A stretch of 64,000 nt of DNA from positions 1-64,000 of the forward strand of contig JARQWU010000028.1 in the NCBI GenBank assembly GCA_040182905.1. Direction: 5' to 3'. Made by a program: the position numbers and the translations under genes. Below, in pieces: positions 51,437 through 61,880 of this stretch. How positions within the stretch are numbered: position 1 is the stretch's first letter; each line of letters opens with the position of its first letter. The DNA comes from Barthelona sp. PAP020. Taxonomy: Eukaryota. A model generated the notes under the pieces. It was not told the origin of the DNA. It was given only the letters and a program-made list of their open reading frames with translations, and did no database searches.

Positions 51437-53374
51437 TCATAAATCCAATCCAAAATCATACGAATTGTTTTTGACTGGTACTACTTTTTTAGAATGTGTT
51501 TGTTTCCTTTTTGATTTAGAAGGATTATTTTTCCTTTTTGCTCGATTTAAACTTGAAATAGTTGTATAATCGTCAATAATGTCAATATTTTCAGAATTTC
51601 TTTTCTTTTCTTCTAAACGATTCTTTTCAATTTGTTTTAACTCCTTTTCTTTTTCTTTATTTATCTGTATTTGTTTTTGTAACATCGCTATAACCATATC
51701 TTTTTCATTTTCATTTGTAATTTTGGATTTTTTTTCAAAAACCGGCTCTTTTTTTATCTCTGGTTTATCTAATTGATGGGAAAAGGTTATTTTCTTGTTA
51801 AAATTAATCTTAATTCTGCGCATGGGTTTATTGTCTTCATTTTTTGTTTCTCCAACATTGTCTTCAATATCAGAATCTGTTTCCTTCGTAATTTCAAAAA
51901 CCAAACCAATTACACCAAAAAATTTTTTGTACAGAGGCTGTGGTAACAAAGCATTCTTGTCAGGCAATATATTATGTGGGTTGTTGTTGATTTGACCAAT
52001 AAATCTGTTGATTGTGTCGAAATTTAACTTCAAAAGCCATTCATTGAACCTCTTTAAAGAAAGTTCATAAGAATTAACGTAAAAAGGTCTGTCTAATCGA
52101 AATTCATTGATAAACTTGGGACCCATCTTCAACATCACTTTTTCAAAAGCATCAATGCATTCATAAGATTGACTAAATTTGGTTAGAAACATATAAACTT
52201 CGGGTGAATCTGAAGCAGAAGGAGGTAATTTAGCAAATCTAACTTCAGCAAAACAAAAGTACAACAAACTGAACAAATAATAATGTTGCGAAGTCCTAAA
52301 CCTACCTATCCTTACAATTATTGTCCCATTATCATTCAAAAGTCTACACAACAAAGGAAAAACTAGCCCAAAATTAGTTTCCCAACCCATGTTCTTCAAA
52401 CCGTAGTGGTTTACTTTTGATTCCAATAGACAATCTATATATATAAGTTCAGCACCCTCTTTATAAATGTTATTCACCGCTTTCAATAGTTTTTCTCGAT
52501 TTTCAACAGAACCAAGTATAGCACGATTGGCTTTCTTAGCATCACTCTCTCTATTGATAGAAACACATGGATGCATGTTAATTTCGCTATTTCCATTCTT
52601 TATTCTAGCTGGTGGCTCAATACCAAACGTTAATGGTAAAACTTCGTAGTCTTGTCCAACAAAATCAGGGAAATAATAATAGAAATCTTGTTGTGGTGAA
52701 AAATCTAAAAAGTGAATCGTTTCAAAGGGTTCTTTTAAAGTTAAAGTGTTTGGAAAGCGAGAATTTTCACCCTGATAATAGGTGAAATTCACTGCTCTAT
52801 CCATAACAGCAAATATTGCACTGGACAAATGAAATTCACTGTTCTCACTTCTTTCTTCCTTTTCACATAAAACACGAATGGGATTGCAATATCTTTTCAT
52901 AACCTTAAACGTAGAAGGGAACTTTTGGGGATCCTTTTTTGTTCGTTCTTCACACAATAAAACCAATTCTTCTTGAATATTCTTAAACTTTTGTTCTTCA
53001 GATATGTCAATTAAGGAACTGATTGGATCAGGTGGCAAATTTCCTTGATTAAAAAATAAAAATTGCTCTCTCCATTTTGCCTCATTCCACGTTTGCATTT
53101 GTTCTGCCAACATAACAACAGTTTCATCAACATTTTTAAATGAAGAATGAGGAATAATTCTATCTGGTCCTTTAACTAACCAATTAATTGTTTCACGATA
53201 TGATAAACCAAAATATAAAGACAATGTTTGAGCCTGCTCTGATTCATCAATGTTAAATATTGGTGCATCACTTTCAATTACACTTTCAACATATGAAATG
53301 GAAGATTTTGTATATAAACCAAAAGGATCATCGAATAAAGGCTTCTCAGGAAGTACTTCTATTACACCTTCCAT
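51437..53374 (-). CDS. Cap 2'-O-ribose methyltransferase (CMTR1/FtsJ-like) homolog, probably degenerate
   Basis: KRYCNP, AVMD, YID, LNDNGTIIVR, LLYFCFAEVRFAK.P.S...SPEVY follow the CMTR1 motif order. ATG at 53374. Confidence 0.65.
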   Translation of the reverse strand: MEGVIEVLPEKPLFDDPFGLYTKSSISYVESVIESDAPIFNIDESEQAQTLSLYFGLSYRETINWLVKGPDRIIPHSSFKNVDETVVMLAEQMQTWNEAKWREQFLFFNQGNLPPDPISSLIDISEEQKFKNIQEELVLLCEERTKKDPQKFPSTFKVMKRYCNPIRVLCEKEERSENSEFHLSSAIFAVMDRAVNFTYYQGENSRFPNTLTLKEPFETIHFLDFSPQQDFYYYFPDFVGQDYEVLPLTFGIEPPARIKNGNSEINMHPCVSINRESDAKKANRAILGSVENREKLLKAVNNIYKEGAELIYIDCLLESKVNHYGLKNMGWETNFGLVFPLLCRLLNDNGTIIVRIGRFRTSQHYYLFSLLYFCFAEVRFAKLPPSASDSPEVYMFLTKFSQSYECIDAFEKVMLKMGPKFINEFRLDRPFYVNSYELSLKRFNEWLLKLNFDTINRFIGQINNNPHNILPDKNALLPQPLYKKFFGVIGLVFEITKETDSDIEDNVGETKNEDNKPMRRIKINFNKKITFSHQLDKPEIKKEPVFEKKSKITNENEKDMVIAMLQKQIQINKEKEKELKQIEKNRLEEKKRNSENIDIIDDYTTISSLNRAKRKNNPSKSKRKQTHSKKVVPVKNNSYDFGLDL

Positions 53375-53542
53375 CAATAATCAAATATTAATGGGAAAAA
53401 AAATGCTTTTCTTATTGATGTTGTAATCTTTTCTTTTATGCAAAAAAATTCAATAAATACACAATTAATTTAAGAATGTGTGAATTAGAATCAAAAAAAT
53501 AAATTCAAAAACGTAATTTATCAGAAAAGAGCTCATCATACT

Positions 53543-56479
53543 CTATTGGGACTTAGCAAATGTCTCAATAATATGACCAACAGGAGTAGGATCTGGGAAT
53601 TGAATCATCATATGGTCGATTTCATCACTCTTCTTAATGATAGAATTCAACAGAATCAATCCTAAATCAGAAGTCATAAGAACATCAGAACATTCTGAAT
53701 CAATTGACACATCAATAAAAGCTTGTAAAACTTCTGAAGAAAAGCCGAAAAGTTCAAAAGCAAAAATTAGACAGCAAATGGCAAGTTTACATCCAAATTT
53801 GCGTTTTTCAGAAACAACTGATAAATTCTTAAGATTTGAAGAGATAAAATCTCTGAATCTAGGTGTAACAAGTTGACAATTAAGATGTGCTAACACTTCA
53901 AAGGCAGCAGCGCCAACTTCAGAAGACCAAGCTACTTGTTTCTCAATCTCATGAACACACAAAATAGCATCTGCATTCTCCAAAAGAGGGAATGCGTCGA
54001 TAATTGCTTGAATCATGAATTCAGATTCTTCATCTGTGAAATCAGTTTCAGCAAAGGAATGGAAAGTTTCTTCCAAATCTTCTTGGAACATCATATTTGC
54101 AATGTTTGCAATAACTTGTCTGTAATAACCAGGAAGATGATTTGATAAAGAAGGAACGCTACAGCGTTCTTCTAACCAACTTTGGGAATAAGATGAAATT
54201 GAAGGATATTCATGGGCATATTCGTTGATTGATTCCATAAAATCATCAGCAGAATCATAAATTTCTTCTGAAATACAAGCAGTCAAATCTGAAAATGTAT
54301 CTGAATTGAAAATTTGTTGATAAAGACAAATTTTTCTTGAATTAGCTTCAAAACTCTTGGTTTTAATCAAATCTAAAACTTTTGTATGTTTTTTCAAAAC
54401 GTAAATCAAAGCCAAATCTTCAATGGAAATTTGATCTTCAGTTTTATTTAAAATATCATTGCAGAAATCAGTTGTATCTAATTTTTCAGTATTTTCATCA
54501 ATATTGTTAATTTTCCACAATAATTCGATAGCAAATTTGATTCCTTTTGCTGAATCAATGGTATTGTTTTGCTTTACGATGGCAATAATAATGGTTTTAG
54601 CTAAACATCCATCAACAAGCATCAACATAAGCAATTGAATTAACTTGGTAATGATTACACCAATAGGTGAATCAATCAATTGAAGAATATCCAAAATAAC
54701 AAGTGAAATGTCTATCTTTACTGAAACCAAAGATAAAATAACATCCATACAACTTAAAACAATTAATTCAGAAGAAGAATTCAAACATTGCTTTAAAATA
54801 CTGAAAAATTCATTAATTTCTTCAGGTTTATTTTTAAGATCAGTTTTATAATATTCAACTGATTCAGTAATACTTGATAAAGCACTGCAAACAGTTATTT
54901 CATGATAAGATTCATTTATACTATTGTTCAAGAATTCAAAAATTTCTTGAAGTTTCTCTTTTGGAATACTTTTCTTTAATGCTGATAAAGTTTTAAAAAT
55001 ACCAATCAAAGCTTCTCTTTCATTAGCAGCATCTGTATCCAATGCTGCTAAAGTATACTTTTGAATCAAATTTTCATGATCTTTCATGAATGTGATTAAA
55101 GCAAAATCTAAATCTTTATTTCTACATTTGAAAGCACTTAAAAATAATCTGCGTGAATTATCTCTGATGATTAAAGAATTGTGATACAGTAAACGGAATG
55201 ACTTAATCAAAAAGATTGATTTTCCATCAATATCACCATCAATATCAAGCTGATCACATATCAAAAGATCAGTAATGTCATTGTTTATTGCTAATCTGAA
55301 ACTAGTTAAAAAGAAATCGGTTATCATTGAAACAGAACTGTTTAAACAAAAGTTAAAAACACTTGATAAATCAGTGGCATGTTTACTGATATCCTTTCCT
55401 GCTCTTTTCAACGCAATCAAACCACGAGTAAATGCTTGACATAAAGCACCATTCGCTGAACTATATACGTTCTCTGTAACTGCTTCAAATGCATAATTTA
55501 CAGTTGTCTTATACGCCAATAAGCCTAAAGTACGCTCTAATTGATCCTTTAACACATCAACAACATTTTCAATTTTAAAAATGTTGTCCATTGTAATTGC
55601 TGCACCATGAGCTTCTGAATACTTACCTTCCATAATACAAAACAATAAAGGAGCAAAGATAGAATTGACTGGTTGTTTCATAACTATCAATTGTTTGAAA
55701 CATGCAGTAAATAACAAACTACTGGCCTCACGAACTCTAATATCCAAGTTTCCTAATAGAACGGGCACAGTTGGATATAATTGTGACAAAAGGGCTCGAG
55801 AAAAATCATTATCCTTTGCTAGAATGATTTCACGTAATGATAGGCATGATTGAGATATTACTAAAGGTGCATATCCTTCATCTTCATCGTAAACTAAATA
55901 ATCAAGCAAATCTTGAACAAATACTTGACCCATCCCAAGAATACCTTGATCTAAAGTGAAACTAACAATATTTGCCAATGAATAACCAACACCCATAAGA
56001 TATCCTTCATGTAACATCCATCCTTTGCCTTTAATTTTGGCTTTTAATGCCATTAAACGTGGTAATACCATAATTGCATGCTTTTCAGAAACAGAACAAA
56101 AAACTCCTAAGGCTTGTCCAGCAGCATCTCTTACTTCCCATTTAGGATCTTCCAATTCTCCAAGCATCCGACTCAAAACAACATTTTGAATACTAGGAGT
56201 CAAAGTTCCTTCATATTGTAATGTAGGAAACATAAAACACCATGAACACAAAATTATTTGTCTCAAATGCCAATGAGTTTCACGGGGATAATTGAATACA
56301 TCTTCAAAAAGATCAATCAATTGATTAACGTAATTACCAATCTTTTCATCTGATTTTAATTCATCAAAAATACAATCAAGTGCATCTATCAAAGGCAAAA
56401 CATTTGCAGTCGCTGTTTTTGGAATAGATTGCAATAATTGTCTTAAATTAGCTAATAAATATTCCCAATCAACACTCAT
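53543..56479 (-). CDS. HEAT/ARM-repeat protein
   Basis: LEDPKWEVRDAAGQALG, WMLHEGYLMGVG, LLGNLDIRVREASS. Confidence 0.8.
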   Translation of the reverse strand: MSVDWEYLLANLRQLLQSIPKTATANVLPLIDALDCIFDELKSDEKIGNYVNQLIDLFEDVFNYPRETHWHLRQIILCSWCFMFPTLQYEGTLTPSIQNVVLSRMLGELEDPKWEVRDAAGQALGVFCSVSEKHAIMVLPRLMALKAKIKGKGWMLHEGYLMGVGYSLANIVSFTLDQGILGMGQVFVQDLLDYLVYDEDEGYAPLVISQSCLSLREIILAKDNDFSRALLSQLYPTVPVLLGNLDIRVREASSLLFTACFKQLIVMKQPVNSIFAPLLFCIMEGKYSEAHGAAITMDNIFKIENVVDVLKDQLERTLGLLAYKTTVNYAFEAVTENVYSSANGALCQAFTRGLIALKRAGKDISKHATDLSSVFNFCLNSSVSMITDFFLTSFRLAINNDITDLLICDQLDIDGDIDGKSIFLIKSFRLLYHNSLIIRDNSRRLFLSAFKCRNKDLDFALITFMKDHENLIQKYTLAALDTDAANEREALIGIFKTLSALKKSIPKEKLQEIFEFLNNSINESYHEITVCSALSSITESVEYYKTDLKNKPEEINEFFSILKQCLNSSSELIVLSCMDVILSLVSVKIDISLVILDILQLIDSPIGVIITKLIQLLMLMLVDGCLAKTIIIAIVKQNNTIDSAKGIKFAIELLWKINNIDENTEKLDTTDFCNDILNKTEDQISIEDLALIYVLKKHTKVLDLIKTKSFEANSRKICLYQQIFNSDTFSDLTACISEEIYDSADDFMESINEYAHEYPSISSYSQSWLEERCSVPSLSNHLPGYYRQVIANIANMMFQEDLEETFHSFAETDFTDEESEFMIQAIIDAFPLLENADAILCVHEIEKQVAWSSEVGAAAFEVLAHLNCQLVTPRFRDFISSNLKNLSVVSEKRKFGCKLAICCLIFAFELFGFSSEVLQAFIDVSIDSECSDVLMTSDLGLILLNSIIKKSDEIDHMMIQFPDPTPVGHIIETFAKSQ

Positions 56480-56659
56480 TCAACAATAATAATGATAAAA
56501 AAAAGGGAGGATGAATGAAAAGAAATGAAGTTAAAAATTTTTGGCAATTGTGATTCAAAAATTAAAAATGAAAGTAGTTTTTACAATTAATGTTTTCAAC
56601 AGACACTAAATTATTGAAGAAAAATAAAAATTTTTTTTTGTTGTTCTAAATTTTTTTTC

Positions 56660-58174
56660 ATGGACACTGCATTAGAAAATTTAACGAATGCATTAGGATT
56701 GACTAATTCTATCAATAATGTTGATTTAGAATATCTTTGGTTAATGGTTGATGAAAAGAACAAACAAGTTCGAGAGAATTATTTAAATGTAATGGCAGAT
56801 TTACTTTATGAAGATGAAAACGAGAACAAAGACAAAGAAATTTCTGATAATGATGAAACTAATGATGAAATTGATGATGATGATCTTGACGAAAATGATG
56901 ATGACAGGCAAAATGTTTTTTCAGATGATGATGAATCTGAAAAGGCTGATAAGAATATTGGCAATAAATACGAATATGATTTTGACCTTGGAGACCCTAA
57001 TGAAGAAATTGACATCAACAACATTCCAGATTTTCTTCCAGATGATGAAGGAGATCCTTTTCGTATTGAATATGATGAAGAAAATGATGATGAAGATGAA
57101 ATGGATGATCAGGACAACGTTGAAATCACTGATGATCTGTTTTATGATGAAGATGATGATGTTCCTGATGAAAAAGAAGCTAACTTTCTTCCGGGCGATG
57201 ATGAATTCGTTGATGATGATGAAGATAATTCGGTTGATAACAAAGATTTTGAGAACAAAGTCGATCCATTCGAAGAAACACCTCACATGGCATACTTAAG
57301 AGCGATGGATGAGATTATCAGTGGGTTAGAGAACAAATCACTTGAAACAAGGTCATGGGAGCTGATGGGTGAAGTTGATAAGAATAATCGTCCTGAAGAT
57401 GGGTTATTAGATGTTGATATCGAAATTCAGTATGGAAAACGTGCAGCGCCTGTTATTGATGAGGCTTTTACGGCGCAGTTGGAAAAGATCATTATTGATC
57501 GTATTTCAGAAGGTGAATTTGATGATCCCAAGCCATTTGTTGAACAAAAGATTAGAAAATCACGTTTTGAATTGGATAACACAAAAGATAACAGATCTTT
57601 AGCAGATCTTGAAGCACAAGATCGTATTGATGCTGAAATGTTAGCGACTGGAGCTATTGATAAAGATACTCAAAAATTGCATCACGATGTTAATGAAACA
57701 TGGATACAAGTTGCTCGTTCTTTGGATGCACTTACTAATTTCTCATACACTCCTTCAGCAGCTGAGGTATTACCTGCTGAGATTGTTATAAATAAGAGTA
57801 TGGCATCCATTGAAATGGAAGAACAAGTTCCTTTGGCATTTTCCACTTCTAATGCTGTTGCACCTCAAGAATTACATAAGAGTAGAGGTACTGCTCCAAA
57901 AGCAAAGAAAGAATTAACATCTCAAGAAAAGAAAGCCAAGAGAAATAAAAACAAGAAATCCAGAATGAATAGAGATTCAAAGGATGGTAAGAAATTGAAA
58001 AAGGAATCTGTTATCGATGTTATTGATAGGAAACAGCGTAAAGAACAAAATAATCAAAAAATAAAGAATAAATCGGATGTTGATGGTCAAAAATACAGCA
58101 ATTCATCTGCCTTCTTCAAACATTTGTCCACAATAAAAAATAAACAATCTTCTAGCACGGTTCAAAATTATTAA
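56660..58174 (+). CDS. MPP10: U3 snoRNP / SSU processome protein Mpp10
   Basis: Acidic N-half, then SWELMGEV....RPEDGLL, LEKIIIDRI....FDD, LDALTNFSYTP, IEMEEQVP, APQE and SSAFF. Confidence 0.92.
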   Translation: MDTALENLTNALGLTNSINNVDLEYLWLMVDEKNKQVRENYLNVMADLLYEDENENKDKEISDNDETNDEIDDDDLDENDDDRQNVFSDDDESEKADKNIGNKYEYDFDLGDPNEEIDINNIPDFLPDDEGDPFRIEYDEENDDEDEMDDQDNVEITDDLFYDEDDDVPDEKEANFLPGDDEFVDDDEDNSVDNKDFENKVDPFEETPHMAYLRAMDEIISGLENKSLETRSWELMGEVDKNNRPEDGLLDVDIEIQYGKRAAPVIDEAFTAQLEKIIIDRISEGEFDDPKPFVEQKIRKSRFELDNTKDNRSLADLEAQDRIDAEMLATGAIDKDTQKLHHDVNETWIQVARSLDALTNFSYTPSAAEVLPAEIVINKSMASIEMEEQVPLAFSTSNAVAPQELHKSRGTAPKAKKELTSQEKKAKRNKNKKSRMNRDSKDGKKLKKESVIDVIDRKQRKEQNNQKIKNKSDVDGQKYSNSSAFFKHLSTIKNKQSSSTVQNY

Positions 58175-58502
58175 TAGTCACAAGTTAGCGAATTGATTTT
58201 ACCAATTAAAAAAAAGTATTGAGGTTATAAAACTTTATTTTTTTCTTTTTATCACGTTTTTGTTTCAAAATAACTTTCACAAATATGACCTTTAAACTAT
58301 TTTAGAGTGAACCCTGTTGTTAACAATTTGCTTTTTCAACAGAATTTTTTTCTTTGTTTCCATATTTAGAACACAAATAATAATAAATAAATAATAATCA
58401 CAATTTATTACCCTCAAATTAAAATGAAAACAAGATTCAAACAATAAAAAAAATAAAAAATTTTTGTTACAAAATTTACATCTTGAATAACTTATTTCTT
58501 CT

Positions 58503-60002
58503 CTAATACTTGGATGTCACTTTTTTCATCTCTTTCATATGTTTATTCTCTTTTCTAATTTCAGCCAATGCTTTTACCAAATTAGCATCTTCTCTCTTTC
58601 CAGGACATAATAAAGATATTCCCAAAGCCAATGCCATAAATAATAAGAATCCAACAATGTAATAGTCCCACATATATTTCATAAATCTCAAATTACCAAA
58701 TTGAACAGATACAAGACTTTGAATGCTGGTACCTCTTGAGAATGACGCAAATGATTTCAGGCAAAATTGGATGGTTGGAAGAACAGTCAATAACAACAAT
58801 CCAACGTTGAAAAGAATCGAATTCATTGGTGTTTCACCAGCTTTCATCTTATGCACTGGGAACAAGAATAATTGCAAACCAACCTTAACCACACCATGCA
58901 GAACGGCCCATAATAAATAGACACAAAAGAAAGTGTAAACAGCATATGATAACATAGGGAAGAAATTATCCAATTGAACAAACATCACATTAAGGAATTC
59001 AGAAGCTGGTGGCTTCAAGAAAATGTAAACAACAACATGAACAACCCAAAGAGCGGAAATAATGAAAAAAAGAACACCCAATATCAATTTTAAAAATGCT
59101 TGAACAGGTTTCAATCCAAACTTCTCCTTTGTTCCCAATAAAATTCGATTATCTTCTTCCAAAGCTTCAGTGGCAGCCTTGAATATTCTTAATATTCTCT
59201 CTTCTTTACGACTACGTTTTCCATTCAAAGGAATAATGTCTTTCAATTCTTCACCTCTCTCCATCAATTCTTCAGCTGTCTTTTTTAATTGTTTTTCCTT
59301 ACGAATAATTGTATCTCGAGTTTCAGGTCTAGGTCTTCTTCTCCAATCATTAATCAAAGAAAATGGTAAACTTACCATACCAATACCTCCAAAGACGATA
59401 AACAAAACATTACCAAAGAAATTAAACATCGCGGCTGCAAAGATAGTGAACGAAGGACGAATTTCCATCACTTCAGTTTCAGAAATGCAATTAATACAAG
59501 TATCAGCATTGAAAGTTTGAGGTTTTGAAATAAGAAAATTAGTTTCAATGTCAATATAAGATAAAAAGGGATAGCCAATTAAAATGATAACGGCAAATAT
59601 TATAAAAGTAACAACAGTTGTTTTAATGGCAGATCCAATCGAACTTTCACCTTTTTCATCAGTGCTCGTATAATAAGAAGAAGTAAAAGGAATTAAAATA
59701 ACAACAAAAACAATAATTCCTCCAAATATTATCTGCCACATCAAAGGTACAGGATATGTAGAAGACCCATTGTTGGCTAAATCAAATCCTAACATTAAAA
59801 TAGCACATTCCCCAAACAATAAACCAACAATCTAACAATTAGTTAATAATTTAATAATAATAATTTAATATACAATTACAAAACGAGGTAAAAATGCAGA
59901 CCATTTGTCTTCTTCATGTCTATAATATTGTAAAAAATAGATATTAACAAATACACAAATACCAATACCTATAAGACCAGCAATACCCAAAAACCAATCC
60001 AT
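58503..60002 (-). CDS. LMBR1/LIMR-family membrane protein, two exons (60002-59874, 59831-58503)
   Basis: Exon 1 MDWFLGIAGLIGIGICVFVNIYFLQYYRHEEDKWSAFLPRFVI joins in frame to IVGLLFGECAILMLGFDLAN. Family motifs FGGIGMVSLP, FPVHKMK.GETPMNSILFN. Confidence 0.88.
59832..59873 (-). other. 42-nt spliceosomal intron (phase 0) in the LMBR1-family gene
   Basis: Minus strand GTATATTAAATT...AACTAATTGTTAG. It contains an in-frame TAA, so it must be spliced for the upstream exon to be used. Confidence 0.88.
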
Positions 60003-60259
60003 TTAATTTTTGATCAAATAGTAAAAAATATTAATGTTTTTTTTTTTTAAATTTACTCTTGGAAATGTTGATTCTTCCCTTAGATTGTTCTTCCATAAAA
60101 TAAAAACATCAATCAATAATAAAATATTAATTTTTACAGAAATCAATCACTCAAAAAAAAGCATCCTCCTCCCAAAGGGAGATGCCCAAACAAATAAACA
60201 AACATACACATATATATTTACATTGAAAAATGAGTACACAAGTGAAAATTGTTTGAAAA

Positions 60260-61678
60260 TTACTTTTGATTCAATTTCAAAATGGTTTTGGCCAAAACTT
60301 CCCAATAAACTCTGACAGATTCAATATTGACAAATTCATGAGGAGTATGAGGATTCATAATCTTAGGTCCAATAGCGATTCCTTCCATCTTAGGATTCTT
60401 ACTAATTAAGAAACCACATTCCAAACCTGCATGAATGGCATAAGTGTGAGGCTTCATGTTCAATTCTTCAAAAACTTCACATGCATATTTAACCAACTTA
60501 GATTGAGGTTCAGGAGCCCAGCCAGGATATCTGCCAGTACCAACAGCAACACCACCAGTGATTTCGACAACTTCATTAATAAGATCAGTAAGTTGTTCTT
60601 CGTTCATAGATCTGCAAGAAGTAAGAATTTTGACTTTTCCATTTTCAACAGAAATAACACCTCCGACGTTAAGAGAAGTTTCAACAGTGTTAATTCCCAA
60701 GATTTCAACATAGGAACGAACTCCATGAGGAACATTCTTCATGTAAGAAACAAATTGATTGTGAGCTTCAAGAGACCAACAGGGCATGTTCTCAACTTCT
60801 TCAAGATCAAAGAAAAGATTGCAATCTTCAGGAATCTCAGCAGCAATTTCTTCTAAGCGAGTAGCGATGTGTTCAGCAAGTGCTCTGGGTTCCATAGAAG
60901 TGGCAATCCACCAGTTACCAACACCAGGAATGATGTTATGAGCATTTCCAACAGCAACATTGCAAAGACGGAATTCAACACCTTCAAAAACACGAGCCCA
61001 AACTTTGTTGATATTGTGTCTTGGGAAATGAATATCAGCACCACTGTGTCCTTCCAAACCACCACGGAATGTAATTTGATATACAGGTTCTGTATTTTCT
61101 TCAGGCTTGATCTCAAATTCAGTAACAGTAGTACAACCACCAGCACAACCAAGACAAATGGCACCATCTTCTTCATCAAGATTCAAAACATAATCACCAT
61201 CTTCAACCCATGAAGGACAAAGAGCAGTAGCACCATCCAAACCAACTTCTTCATCATTGGTGAAAATAAGAAGTAATTTACCATGCTTTTCAGGAAGGTG
61301 GTCCAACATGGCAAGCATAGAAGCCAAACCAACACCATTATCAGCACCAAGAGTAGTACCATCAGCAGTGAGATTTTCACCATCAATAATGGGGGTAATA
61401 GGTGTGGTAGTAAAATCAAAAGCAGGATCTACAGAATTGGGAACCATATCAATGTGAGATTGAAGAACAATGCAAGGAAGTCCAGGTTCATTACCTTCAA
61501 CAACAATACGAACATTACCAGCAGCATCAATTTCAGAGAAATAACCCTTTTGAGCACCAAAATCACGAATATATTCGCCAATTTTTTCGGTGTGATAAGA
61601 AGGATGAGGAATATTACAGACTTCAAGGAAACGAGCCCAGACAGTTTTAGGTTCACCTAATTGTTCAATAACAGACAT
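60260..61678 (-). CDS. pepD: Aminoacyl-histidine dipeptidase PepD (peptidase M20C)
   Basis: LQSHIDMV, GTTLGADNGVG, DEEVGLDGA, LNLDEED, GCAGG, GHSGADIH, YPGWAP, IHAGLECG, PHTPHE. ATG at 61678. Confidence 0.93.
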   Translation of the reverse strand: MSVIEQLGEPKTVWARFLEVCNIPHPSYHTEKIGEYIRDFGAQKGYFSEIDAAGNVRIVVEGNEPGLPCIVLQSHIDMVPNSVDPAFDFTTTPITPIIDGENLTADGTTLGADNGVGLASMLAMLDHLPEKHGKLLLIFTNDEEVGLDGATALCPSWVEDGDYVLNLDEEDGAICLGCAGGCTTVTEFEIKPEENTEPVYQITFRGGLEGHSGADIHFPRHNINKVWARVFEGVEFRLCNVAVGNAHNIIPGVGNWWIATSMEPRALAEHIATRLEEIAAEIPEDCNLFFDLEEVENMPCWSLEAHNQFVSYMKNVPHGVRSYVEILGINTVETSLNVGGVISVENGKVKILTSCRSMNEEQLTDLINEVVEITGGVAVGTGRYPGWAPEPQSKLVKYACEVFEELNMKPHTYAIHAGLECGFLISKNPKMEGIAIGPKIMNPHTPHEFVNIESVRVYWEVLAKTILKLNQK

Positions 61679-61880
61679 TATATGTGAAAAAAATAGTTGT
61701 TGTTTTTGCTTTTGACTTTTCAAGAATTCAACAAAATTTTTTAAAAAATTCAAATTTAAATTAACATTTTTGTATCTCCTGATGTTTGAAGAAAAACAAA
61801 AAAAGTGTTTTCAACTTTGAAATTTAAAAATAAAGATTTGGGAAATTTACAAAAAAAAATGAATTACTTCAAACAGTTTC

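Noticed and set aside
56806..57299. Overlapping Met/Ile-rich ORFs in Mpp10
   Set aside because: Frame-shifted readings of GAT/GAA-rich acidic sequence.
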